A stretch of DNA of 64,000 bases from an uncultured Desulfobacter sp. Its GTDB lineage: Bacteria; Desulfobacterota; Desulfobacteria; Desulfobacterales; Desulfobacteraceae. How positions within the stretch are numbered: the stretch's first letter is position 1; every line of letters begins with the position of its first letter. The DNA lies in NCBI GenBank assembly GCA_963665095.1, contig OY762069.1, forward strand, positions 1,664,001 through 1,728,000, written 5' to 3'. A program made the position numbers and the translations under genes. This document shows positions 50,215-58,664 of this stretch, one piece after another. The notes under the pieces were generated by a model. It had not been told where the DNA came from and did not search any database. It was given only the letters and a program-made list of their open reading frames with translations.

Positions 50215-51330
50215 CTAAACAGCGTAGGGTTCATCCCAGAGTACCAGTTCCTGGCCAAGGCCTTTTTCCAGCGCATTTTCATAAAGCGTCATGGCCCAGG
50301 CGATATCCTGAAGGATCATGCCGTTGGAGACAAAGTATTTGCGTTTGGCACTGTTACGATCCACTTTGAAATTGCCGGCTACGACCTGGCCCAGGTCATG
50401 GATATCGCTGTCTTTGATTTTTCCGGCATCCACAAGATCATGCAGCTGGGGATGGGGATAGGTCTGCTCACCTTCGGGCAGCATGCGGCCTTCAATTTTA
50501 TAGGTTTTCTGCATTTCCCAATTATCCGGCACAATGTAGGCACTCATCAGATAGCTGTCTTCCACATTGACCCTGCCGGGAAGCGTCAGCAAAGAGCCCT
50601 CTTTCAGGCAGCGGTCTTCAAGCAGCGGGGAGTGATCGCCGGAAATAGCGGAAGTAACGACATCCATCCCTTTATATGCATCTTCATGATTATCACAGAT
50701 CACCACTTCCACGCCGAATTTTTCGGTCATCTCTTTGGCAAAACGTTCAGACGCATCGGTGTTGATATCAAATACCCGAACCTGTTTGATGGAAGGAAGT
50801 GCTGAAAGTATGGCGATGGTGGAGTATCTGGCAATGGGACCTGCGGCAATGACGCCTAAGGTTTCACTGTTCTCAGGGGCAAGATAGCGGGCGGACAGGC
50901 CGACCACGGCGCCGGTACGCATGCCGCTTAGGATGTTGGCCTCCATGATGGCAAGCGGGCGGGCAGTTTCTGCTTCGTTCAGGGTCATCAGCAGAATGGA
51001 GCGGGGAAGACCGTGATTTTTAGGATTAAAAATATTGGAACCATACCATTTGTTGCCGCACACTTTGAAACGGCCGCCAAGGTATCCCTGCAGTCCCATG
51101 AACCGCTGGTCCGGGCCGCCCTTGGGCATGCCCTCAAACTTGGGCTCTTTGGGAAACCACACCCGTTGACCGTGGGAGTTCCGGGTGGAACCGCCCATGA
51201 CATAATCGCCCTGTCCAAGCAGGGTGAATGCTTCTTCCATAACATCAATGCATTTTGCAATATCTGTAACACCGGCCTCAATCATATCTTTCTGGCCCAA
51301 AAATTTCATAGCCAATCTTGATGAACCCAT
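50215..51330 (-). CDS. Ornithine cyclodeaminase/mu-crystallin family protein
   Basis: GDYVMGG...SHG, KWYGSN, GLPRS, LSGMRTGAV, GM..QD.AWA. Confidence 0.82.
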   Translation of the reverse strand: MGSSRLAMKFLGQKDMIEAGVTDIAKCIDVMEEAFTLLGQGDYVMGGSTRNSHGQRVWFPKEPKFEGMPKGGPDQRFMGLQGYLGGRFKVCGNKWYGSNIFNPKNHGLPRSILLMTLNEAETARPLAIMEANILSGMRTGAVVGLSARYLAPENSETLGVIAAGPIARYSTIAILSALPSIKQVRVFDINTDASERFAKEMTEKFGVEVVICDNHEDAYKGMDVVTSAISGDHSPLLEDRCLKEGSLLTLPGRVNVEDSYLMSAYIVPDNWEMQKTYKIEGRMLPEGEQTYPHPQLHDLVDAGKIKDSDIHDLGQVVAGNFKVDRNSAKRKYFVSNGMILQDIAWAMTLYENALEKGLGQELVLWDEPYAV

Positions 51331-51348
51331 GATGTTTTCCTCTCTTTA

Positions 51349-51498
51349 CCTGAAATTGTGTTTGAATGTAAAGGCACTCACCTGCGGCGTTGCTTCACAA
51401 CATTCAAATCCTCACGTACTAAAGTACGCTTGCGGTTTAAATATTGCTTGCGCCTTGCATCTGAGCACCTTTCCATCCAAACAGGCTGCAGTTTCAGG
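51349..51498. repeat. About 150-bp imperfect palindromic element (REP/MITE-like)
   Basis: CCTGAAATTG..TGTTTGAATGTAAAGG / CCTTTCCATCCAAACA..CAGTTTCAGG arms around a central CGTAC-TAAA-GTACG hairpin. Confidence 0.7.
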
Positions 51499-51611
51499 CT
51501 CTATTTTTATTGTTAGTTGTTGATCCGGTCGCTATCGTCCCGGTTATTTTTTCTCAAACCTGTTTTGTTCCGCCCCGTCAGGCTACGGCCATACCGAAGC
51601 GGGTTCACTTT

Positions 51612-53390
51612 TTATGCGCCTTGCTGGGGTCTCATGTCTGCTTTATCAATGCCGGCTACGGCAACCGGTTTTTTCATGGCATCCCGGCGGAACGGTTCGC
51701 CAAGTTCCATGTTGGTCATGACCTCGATGAAGGTGGTTTTGCCCTCTTCCATCTGGCGTTTGACGGCTGCTTCAAGCTCTTTTGTCACATCATCCATGCT
51801 CCAGGCCTTTACGCCTTCAACCCCGCACGCCTTGGCAATTTCAGAGTAGTGAACGTCGCGGTCAAGCTCGGTGCCCACAAAGTTGTCGTTGTACCAGAGG
51901 GTGGAGTTTCTCTTTTCCGCACCCCAGTGGTAATTGCGGAAAACCACCATGGTGATGGCCGGCCACTCGTCACGGCCGCAGGCAGCCATTTCGTTCATGG
52001 AAATACCAAAGGCACCGTCACCGGCAAAGCCCACCACCGGCACATCAGGACAAGCGATTTTGGCACCCAGGATGGCGGGAAAACCGTAACCGCAGGGTCC
52101 GAACATGCCAGGTGCCAGGTATTTTCGGCCTGCTTCAAAACAGGGATAGGCATTTCCAATGGCGCAGGAGTTGCCAATATCGCAGGACATGATGGCCTCC
52201 TTGGGCAGCGCCTTGACAATGGCACGCCATGCCATTCTGGAGGTGATCTTTTCAGGGTCGGCGGCCTGGGCACGCTGGTTCCAGGTGGTACCGGGATCGT
52301 CCTGTTCATGGTCCATGCCTTCAAGCTCTGTGGCCCACGCTTCTTTGGTGGATGCGATCAGCGCCATTCTGGCTTCACGGCCGGCATCACCGGCGGTATC
52401 GGACAGGTTGGCAAGAAGGGTGTCGGCCACTTTTTTGGCATCCCCCACAATACCAACGGAAACGGGCTTGGTCAGTCCGATGCGGTCGGGGTTGATGTCC
52501 ACCTGGATAAGGGCTGCATCCTTGGGCCAGTAATCAATGCCGTAGCCGGGCAAGGTGGAGAAGGGGTTGAGCCGGGTGCCCAGGGCCAGAACCACGTCCG
52601 CCTTGGAGATCAGTTCCATGCCTGCCTTGGAGCCGTTGTAGCCCAAGGGCCCTGCAAACAGGGGGTGGGATCCCGGAAAAGCGTCATTGTGCTGGTAGCC
52701 GCAGCATACCGGGGCAGCCAGTCGTTCAGCCAAAGCTTTGGAGGCCTCAATGGCACCGCCGATGACAACTCCGCCGCCGTTCAGGATCACAGGGAATTTT
52801 GCATTGGAAAGCAGGTCGGCAGCTTTGGCAAGGGCCTCTTCTCCGCCGGAAGGCCGTTCAAACTCAACAATGGGGGGCAGCTCAATGTCAATCACCTGGG
52901 TCCAGAAGTCCCGGGGCACGTTGATCTGGGCAGGGGCAGAGGCCCGTTTTGCCTGGAGGATGACGCGGTTGAGAACTTCAGCCATACGGGAAGGATGCAG
53001 GACCTCTTCCTGGTATGCCACCATATCTTCAAAAGCCGCCATCTGGGGCACTTCCTGGAAACCGCCCTGCCCCATGGACATATTGGCGGCCTGGGGCGTG
53101 ACCAGCAGCAGCGGGGTGTGGTTCCAGTAAGCTGTTTTCACAGGGGTTACAAAATTGGTGATGCCAGGCCCGTTCTGGGCGATCATCATGGACATTTTAC
53201 CGGAAGCTCTGGTAAAACCGTCCGCCATCATACCGGCATTGCCTTCATGTCCGCAGTCCCAGAACGTGATCCCGGCCTTGGGAAAAAGGTCTGACACCGG
53301 CATCATGGCAGAACCGATAATTCCGAATGCGTGTTCAATTCCGTGCATCTGGAGCACTTTAACAAAGGCTTCTTCCGTGGTCATCTTCAT
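51612..53390 (-). CDS. xsc: Sulfoacetaldehyde acetyltransferase (ThDP-dependent)
   Basis: MKMTTEEAFVKVLQMHGIEHAFGIIGSA, AQNGPGITNF, GDGAFG ThDP motif, WGAEKRN, ELGEPFRRDAM. Confidence 0.93.
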   Translation of the reverse strand: MKMTTEEAFVKVLQMHGIEHAFGIIGSAMMPVSDLFPKAGITFWDCGHEGNAGMMADGFTRASGKMSMMIAQNGPGITNFVTPVKTAYWNHTPLLLVTPQAANMSMGQGGFQEVPQMAAFEDMVAYQEEVLHPSRMAEVLNRVILQAKRASAPAQINVPRDFWTQVIDIELPPIVEFERPSGGEEALAKAADLLSNAKFPVILNGGGVVIGGAIEASKALAERLAAPVCCGYQHNDAFPGSHPLFAGPLGYNGSKAGMELISKADVVLALGTRLNPFSTLPGYGIDYWPKDAALIQVDINPDRIGLTKPVSVGIVGDAKKVADTLLANLSDTAGDAGREARMALIASTKEAWATELEGMDHEQDDPGTTWNQRAQAADPEKITSRMAWRAIVKALPKEAIMSCDIGNSCAIGNAYPCFEAGRKYLAPGMFGPCGYGFPAILGAKIACPDVPVVGFAGDGAFGISMNEMAACGRDEWPAITMVVFRNYHWGAEKRNSTLWYNDNFVGTELDRDVHYSEIAKACGVEGVKAWSMDDVTKELEAAVKRQMEEGKTTFIEVMTNMELGEPFRRDAMKKPVAVAGIDKADMRPQQGA

Positions 53391-53456
53391 GGGTTTTCCT
53401 CCATTTTTTTAATTGCCTGCCTGATTGGCGGCCGGCAAATTTAATTCATCAAGCTC

Positions 53457-53508
53457 TCTGATACATCTAATATCTGGCACATCTGATATCTGATATCTGA
53501 TATATCAG
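53457..53508. promoter_or_regulatory. Heptamer repeat/palindrome upstream of xsc (probable operator)
   Basis: (ATCTGAT)x3 at 53481-53501, degenerate copies upstream, palindrome CTGATATATCAG at 53497-53508. Confidence 0.6.
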
Positions 53509-53884
53509 CTATGTTGTATTTTCTCTATATAGCCTTTTATTTTAAATGTAAACAATTTCTGTGCCGATTTTCTTCACGCACACAGAAAAAAAACATCACT
53601 GCGGAAAAGCCCTTATTCACCGCCTTTCTTAAAAGTACCCATGGATAGAAACGCCAACTGGCCAGAACCAAAGGAATCTGCATACAGGGCATTTTTGCCC
53701 CTTATTTTCATTGAGCCGCTTCTGATACGCCGACGCATCCTGCACTAACCTGCTGGTTTACAAAGAAATCCGCAGGAATAATATCGTATGGGGCAATTTA
53801 GACCCGGTAAATTTATCAGCATTTATCAATTTAACAATCTGAAAACAAATATAATATCGACGTATGTCCCGAATATGCTGGGGC

Positions 53885-54061
53885 ATAAATACCCCGCCGT
53901 TAGGGGAAAACCTCTTCATTGCCTCGGGCATTGCCAATGTCAGCATTGAGGAGATATCGCTTAAAGCAATTCCCTTCTCCATTGTCGCCGTCATTGCGGT
54001 CTTTATCATTGCCTTTATCCCCGAGATCACCCTGTGGCTTCCCAGAATGATGAGATATTGA
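53885..54061 (+). pseudogene. TRAP transporter large permease (DctM) C-terminal remnant
   Basis: TPPLGENLFIASGIA...PF...FIPEITLWLP is the DctM C-terminal signature; the remainder is absent. Confidence 0.75.
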
Positions 54062-54073
54062 TTCTTTCAAGCG

Positions 54074-54123
54074 TTTCCGCCGCAGGGATCGCCTTAAAAA
54101 AGACGCGGTCCCCGCAGCGGAAA
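54074..54123. terminator. GC-rich hairpin after the dctM remnant
   Basis: TTTCCGCCGCAGGGATCGC...GCGGTCCCCGCAGCGGAAA. Confidence 0.45.
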
Positions 54124-54252
54124 TCCATGAACAACAATCCAGGCAGTTAACATCCTTTGAAGTCACACTTTGTGACCTTAAGCTGATCATATATCAAGAA
54201 CACAATTTGTATGGTATGATGCCGGGACAACCTTTACAAAGAGGACGCTTTA

Positions 54253-55170
54253 ATGCCAGGTAAAAAAACAAACTTTAAAAATCCATGGGACCAGTCACAA
54301 AAGCAGACGGGTAATGCCAGTAACCCGGAGAATAAGACACGTATCAAAATTGGCAGCTATAATCGACTGGGTGTCCAAACCAAATCAGATTTCGGCATGT
54401 ATTTAGGCACTGCCAATGACCGGGTGCTTCTGCCCAATAAATATGTTCCCAAAAACCTGTCAGCTGGAGATTTCATTGATGTCTTTGTGTATACGGATTC
54501 CGAAGACCGGCTGGTGGCAACCACTTTAAAACCCATGGGCGTGGTGGGTGATTTCGTTTTTTTAATCGCAAAAGATGTTGCCCCTTTTGGCACCTTCATG
54601 GACTGGGGATTGGAAAAAGATTTGCTGGTACCCAGAAATGAACAGCAGAACAGGATGGAGTCCGGGAAAAAATATTTAGTCAAAATCTGCCGGGATGACA
54701 GAACCCACAGGGTGTATGGAACCACGCAGATTTCCGCCAATTGTGACAAAGACACCAGCGGTTTAAAAGTCGGGCAACAGGTTGACATCCTTGTTCACTC
54801 AATTACAACCATTGGCATCATGGCTGTTGTTGATAATAGATACTATGGCATGATGTACCTGAACGAAACCTTTCAAAAACTATTTATCGGGGATACGTGC
54901 AAAGGATATATCGTCCGGATCCGTGAGGATGGAAAAATTGACCTCAGCTTAAAAAAGCCCGGATACTCATCGGTTCCTAAATCTGCAGAAGTCATTTTAT
55001 ATCGCTTAAATAAATCCAAAGGCTTTATCCCCTGCCATGACAAGAGTTCGCCTGAAGAGATCCGCAAGCGATTTTCCATGAGTAAAAAAGAATTTAAAAG
55101 GGCTGTGGGCAGTCTGTATAAGAAAAGAATGATTGAAATAAAAGACAATGGAATCGGCCTGTTAAAATGA
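54253..55170 (+). CDS. cvfB: CvfB/YitL S1-domain RNA-binding protein
   Basis: VLLP, VFVYTDSEDR, FMDWGLEKDLLVP, DKSSPEEI..F.MSKK.FKRA.G.LYK. Confidence 0.88.
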   Translation: MPGKKTNFKNPWDQSQKQTGNASNPENKTRIKIGSYNRLGVQTKSDFGMYLGTANDRVLLPNKYVPKNLSAGDFIDVFVYTDSEDRLVATTLKPMGVVGDFVFLIAKDVAPFGTFMDWGLEKDLLVPRNEQQNRMESGKKYLVKICRDDRTHRVYGTTQISANCDKDTSGLKVGQQVDILVHSITTIGIMAVVDNRYYGMMYLNETFQKLFIGDTCKGYIVRIREDGKIDLSLKKPGYSSVPKSAEVILYRLNKSKGFIPCHDKSSPEEIRKRFSMSKKEFKRAVGSLYKKRMIEIKDNGIGLLK

Positions 55171-55206
55171 ATAGAGATGATGTGTTGTGAAGGATAATGT
55201 ACCGCA

Positions 55207-58134
55207 TCAATCGCTGTCTTTTTCGATCACCACCCTGTTTCTTCCGCTGTTTTTAGCCCGATACAGGGCATTGTCAGCCTTTGTGAGAAACATATCCAGG
55301 GTTTCATTTTCCCCGGGAACTTTACTGAACACACCTGCGCAGATATTGATTGACAGGACTGTGCCCTGAAAATTCAGTTCCTGCTCTGAGATGACATGGC
55401 GTACTGTTTCCATCCGTAAAGGCAGCTCTTCCTGTGTATCTCCGGCAAGATAGACCAGAAATTCTTCTCCGCCATAACGAACCACTGTGTCGGTTTGCCG
55501 CCGAAAATGCTTCAGCAGTGTATCTGCAAGATATTTCAGACATTCATCACCAATACCGTGTCCGTAGGTATCGTTTACCCTTTTAAAAAAATCGATATCA
55601 ACCATGGCGATGGAAAAGGACATTTTGTTCCTCTTGCAGATGTTGAAGCCTGCCCGGGCATTGTCAACAAAATAGTGTCTGTTGTAAAGACCGGTCAGCT
55701 GGTCATGGTTGCCGAGATGCTGCAATTTTTCGTTGGCTTGGTTCAGCTCGCGGTTCAGATGTTTAAGCTTGCCGGAGCGATACCAGATACCCATGATGAC
55801 CAGGAGAAAGACGCCGGTGATTTCCCACAGGGTTCGATAGTCTATGGCTTGCTCAAAACGCACACTCATCCATGCGCCGGCTATCCGGGTACGGTCTTTT
55901 TCCCGCACGCTGGCAACTGTTTTTTGAAGAATGTGTGTCAGCAGCGGTTCACCCTTCTTCACCCACACAGAAAGGGTCATATCCTTGGGGATACGTCCGG
56001 AGATCTTGATATCGGAAATCCGTTTCTGCTGAATTTGATAGCCGATCCCCAGCATGCTGCCTGCATAGCCGAATATGGTGCCGTCACGCAGTTTTGCAAT
56101 CCCCTCCTCATCATCTTTTACAGGGATGAGTTTTATGTCTGCCACACTGGCCTTCAGATAGGCAGACAATGGAGACTCTTTTATTACGCCGATGGACTTT
56201 CCGCCTACATCTTTCATATCCGTGATAAAAAGATCACTGATGGACGTGGCAATAACGTACGGAGAGGAAAAAAATGTCCCTGCATTTACCATTGACCCTG
56301 CAGGTTTTACTGAAGGTGCACTGTCCAACACTGCCAGTTCACACCGGCCCTCCTGCAGGGGCAGGTGTCCGGACTCAGTAACCGGCATAGATGTGGCCTG
56401 TATCTGCACACCGGAAATCTCTTCAAAAAAATCGATGAAATCAGGTATGATTCCTGCGATATCACCATTTTTGCTACGCGTACTGAAAGGGGCCTGTGCC
56501 GTGCCGACGCATACGGAAAATGGACCGTGTTTTTGAAGAAAGCGCGCCTCTTCTCCTGTCAGGGCAATGGTGGAAACATCCTGTTTCTGGGGTTGAGAGG
56601 AGAGCCATGTCTCTTCGATGGCCTGCTTTTCCTCCTGGGAGATACGCGCCATTGATTTCTCCAGGATGGCGTGTAATTCGGGAAAGCGAAAGTTGACCCC
56701 AAAGCACAAATCTTCCATTGCCTTATCCGGGAAAGTAATTTCTCCTGCAACCTGAATGTTAACCAGTCCCAGCTTGCGTTTCATATTGGTGGCCGTATTC
56801 AATGAGCAGATCACAGCATCCGTCTTGCCAAAGGCCAGCGAGCGCAAAAGCGCGTCTTGCTCGGTATATTCTACAACTGAATTCCCAAAGTGCGCCTGGA
56901 TATAGTCTGCGTAAAAAATGTTTTTTATTATACCGATCCGTTTGCCCTTCAGGCTGACAGGGGAGTCGTAGTGACCAAAGTCATCCCGAATAAATACGAC
57001 CACGGGAATGTGGTAATAGGCCTTGGTAAAAAGAGTGTATTTGCTGCGCTCCTGAGTCACGGACATATTTGCAACGACATCCAGCCGGCCGTTTTTCAAG
57101 TCGTTGATCTGCTCATACCACGGCCTGACCACAAATTGAAAATGCAGACCACTGTAACTGCTGATGAGATCAAGCAGGGAGCGGGTGTACCCATAGACAT
57201 CATCATGGACAAAAAAACTGAACGGTGCGTAATCCGGTTGCATGCCAATGGATACCACCGGATGATTTCTGAGAAACTGCTGTTCCTTTTTGGTAAATGC
57301 TGTCTCCATGTCTGTATTTATGTTGTTGATGTGCAACCATTTTATGGCAATGTCATTTTTTGTTTTCTTTGTCAGGGCCTCTACGGATTTATTTAGAATC
57401 CGGTGCAGTACCGGGTTGCCCTGCAGAACACCTATACGAAAATCTTCCTCGCCAATACCCGGAATCTTTACAGGGCCCGCCACTGTGATATTTGAAAGGC
57501 TGCAGGCACGTAACGTATAAAGGCCTGTAAACTCGCTTGCCACAACAATATCTATCCAGCCAAATGCCAAAGATTTCATCAACTCGGGGTAAGTGCGGTA
57601 TTCCACCACATCGATGTCCGGCAGGTTTTCAATTATATCCTGGTAATAGATGCCGCGTATTATTCCGATGCGCAGAGGTTTTTCAGCCGTAGATTCAAAA
57701 GAGTGTATAGGGTTGTCTGCACGGGAAAAAATAACTGTTTTTCTCGTGGTATAAGGCTCTGTGAACGATATGGTTTTGCTGCGTTCACCGGTATACGAGA
57801 TGGCGTCAATGGCGTCCAGTCTTCCCTGAATAAAGGAGTCATATATCTCACTCCAGTTACCCATCCGATATTCAAATGTCAGTCCGGAGATAGCAGATAT
57901 ATTTTCCAGAATATCATGGGAGTAACCCTGGTATTGCCCATGATTCATAAAAGAGTAAGGCTCATCATCAGCCGGAATACCTATGGAGATCCTTTTGTGC
58001 TCTAAGATATACTGCTGCTCTTCCCGGGTGAATTCCACGGCGCCGGCAAAATTCCAGTCAAACAACTGGATGATGCACATCAGGGGAAGAATAAAAAAAA
58101 CCTGTTTAAAAAAAACAGTCGTTGTCCTGTGCAT
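55207..58134 (-). CDS. Membrane diguanylate cyclase with three periplasmic PBP (SBP_bac_3) domains
   Basis: Three FT.EE..(F/Y)L repeats, TM helix, D.LTGLYNR, DIDFFK.VNDTYGH, RQTD I-site, GGEEF. Confidence 0.9.
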   Translation of the reverse strand: MHRTTTVFFKQVFFILPLMCIIQLFDWNFAGAVEFTREEQQYILEHKRISIGIPADDEPYSFMNHGQYQGYSHDILENISAISGLTFEYRMGNWSEIYDSFIQGRLDAIDAISYTGERSKTISFTEPYTTRKTVIFSRADNPIHSFESTAEKPLRIGIIRGIYYQDIIENLPDIDVVEYRTYPELMKSLAFGWIDIVVASEFTGLYTLRACSLSNITVAGPVKIPGIGEEDFRIGVLQGNPVLHRILNKSVEALTKKTKNDIAIKWLHINNINTDMETAFTKKEQQFLRNHPVVSIGMQPDYAPFSFFVHDDVYGYTRSLLDLISSYSGLHFQFVVRPWYEQINDLKNGRLDVVANMSVTQERSKYTLFTKAYYHIPVVVFIRDDFGHYDSPVSLKGKRIGIIKNIFYADYIQAHFGNSVVEYTEQDALLRSLAFGKTDAVICSLNTATNMKRKLGLVNIQVAGEITFPDKAMEDLCFGVNFRFPELHAILEKSMARISQEEKQAIEETWLSSQPQKQDVSTIALTGEEARFLQKHGPFSVCVGTAQAPFSTRSKNGDIAGIIPDFIDFFEEISGVQIQATSMPVTESGHLPLQEGRCELAVLDSAPSVKPAGSMVNAGTFFSSPYVIATSISDLFITDMKDVGGKSIGVIKESPLSAYLKASVADIKLIPVKDDEEGIAKLRDGTIFGYAGSMLGIGYQIQQKRISDIKISGRIPKDMTLSVWVKKGEPLLTHILQKTVASVREKDRTRIAGAWMSVRFEQAIDYRTLWEITGVFLLVIMGIWYRSGKLKHLNRELNQANEKLQHLGNHDQLTGLYNRHYFVDNARAGFNICKRNKMSFSIAMVDIDFFKRVNDTYGHGIGDECLKYLADTLLKHFRRQTDTVVRYGGEEFLVYLAGDTQEELPLRMETVRHVISEQELNFQGTVLSINICAGVFSKVPGENETLDMFLTKADNALYRAKNSGRNRVVIEKDSD

Positions 58135-58664
58135 TAAGTTCTCACTTTGTTAAAAACAATTAAGATGGGACACAGGTCTTATGCCCCATCACGGTGTCCT
58201 TTTACCTTTACCGCATCAAGGAAGTCAACACCCTCAAAAGAGCTATTGTAACCTATTGCCCGTAGATTTCAGAATTCTATTTTGAATCGGCCTGAGTTGC
58301 TTTATTTGACCAAAGAGTTATCCGGCCAATCTGGCCCCCTATCTGATTCCAAAATTAAATAGTGCCTGCACGCAGGCATGTCCAGCAGATGTTGACATCG
58401 ACATCAAACTGCGGGAAAGTTTTCTCATGTTGCTGCGCAAGATCTGCCAGAACGCTTTGCTTTACCTTTTTTTTTGTGTATCTTATTTTGGATTCCATTT
58501 GCATACATGTTGACAAATCAAACATAGTCATTTCAAAAAGGCCAAGCTATTTTCGCAGGCAGGCCTGGACGGCATATGTTCATGTAAATGATTGAAGCGG
58601 TATGTCGCAGGATCAAAAAGGCATTAACAAAGAAAGACGCAGAGCATATGCGCAGAAGGTTGCC

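Noticed and set aside
51510..53294. Long antisense ORFs (594 aa here; also 17098-18177, 32073-32903, 46175-46864 and 63095-63880)
   Set aside because: Shadows of well-supported genes on the opposite strand, with no recognisable motifs.
53475..53490. TGGCAC as a sigma54 promoter for xsc
   Set aside because: Wrong strand and no -12 GC at the required spacing.
58135..58600. c-di-GMP riboswitch upstream of the diguanylate cyclase
   Set aside because: Hairpins are present, but I could not find the GGCAAAC/GNRA/GCAAAG consensus on either strand.
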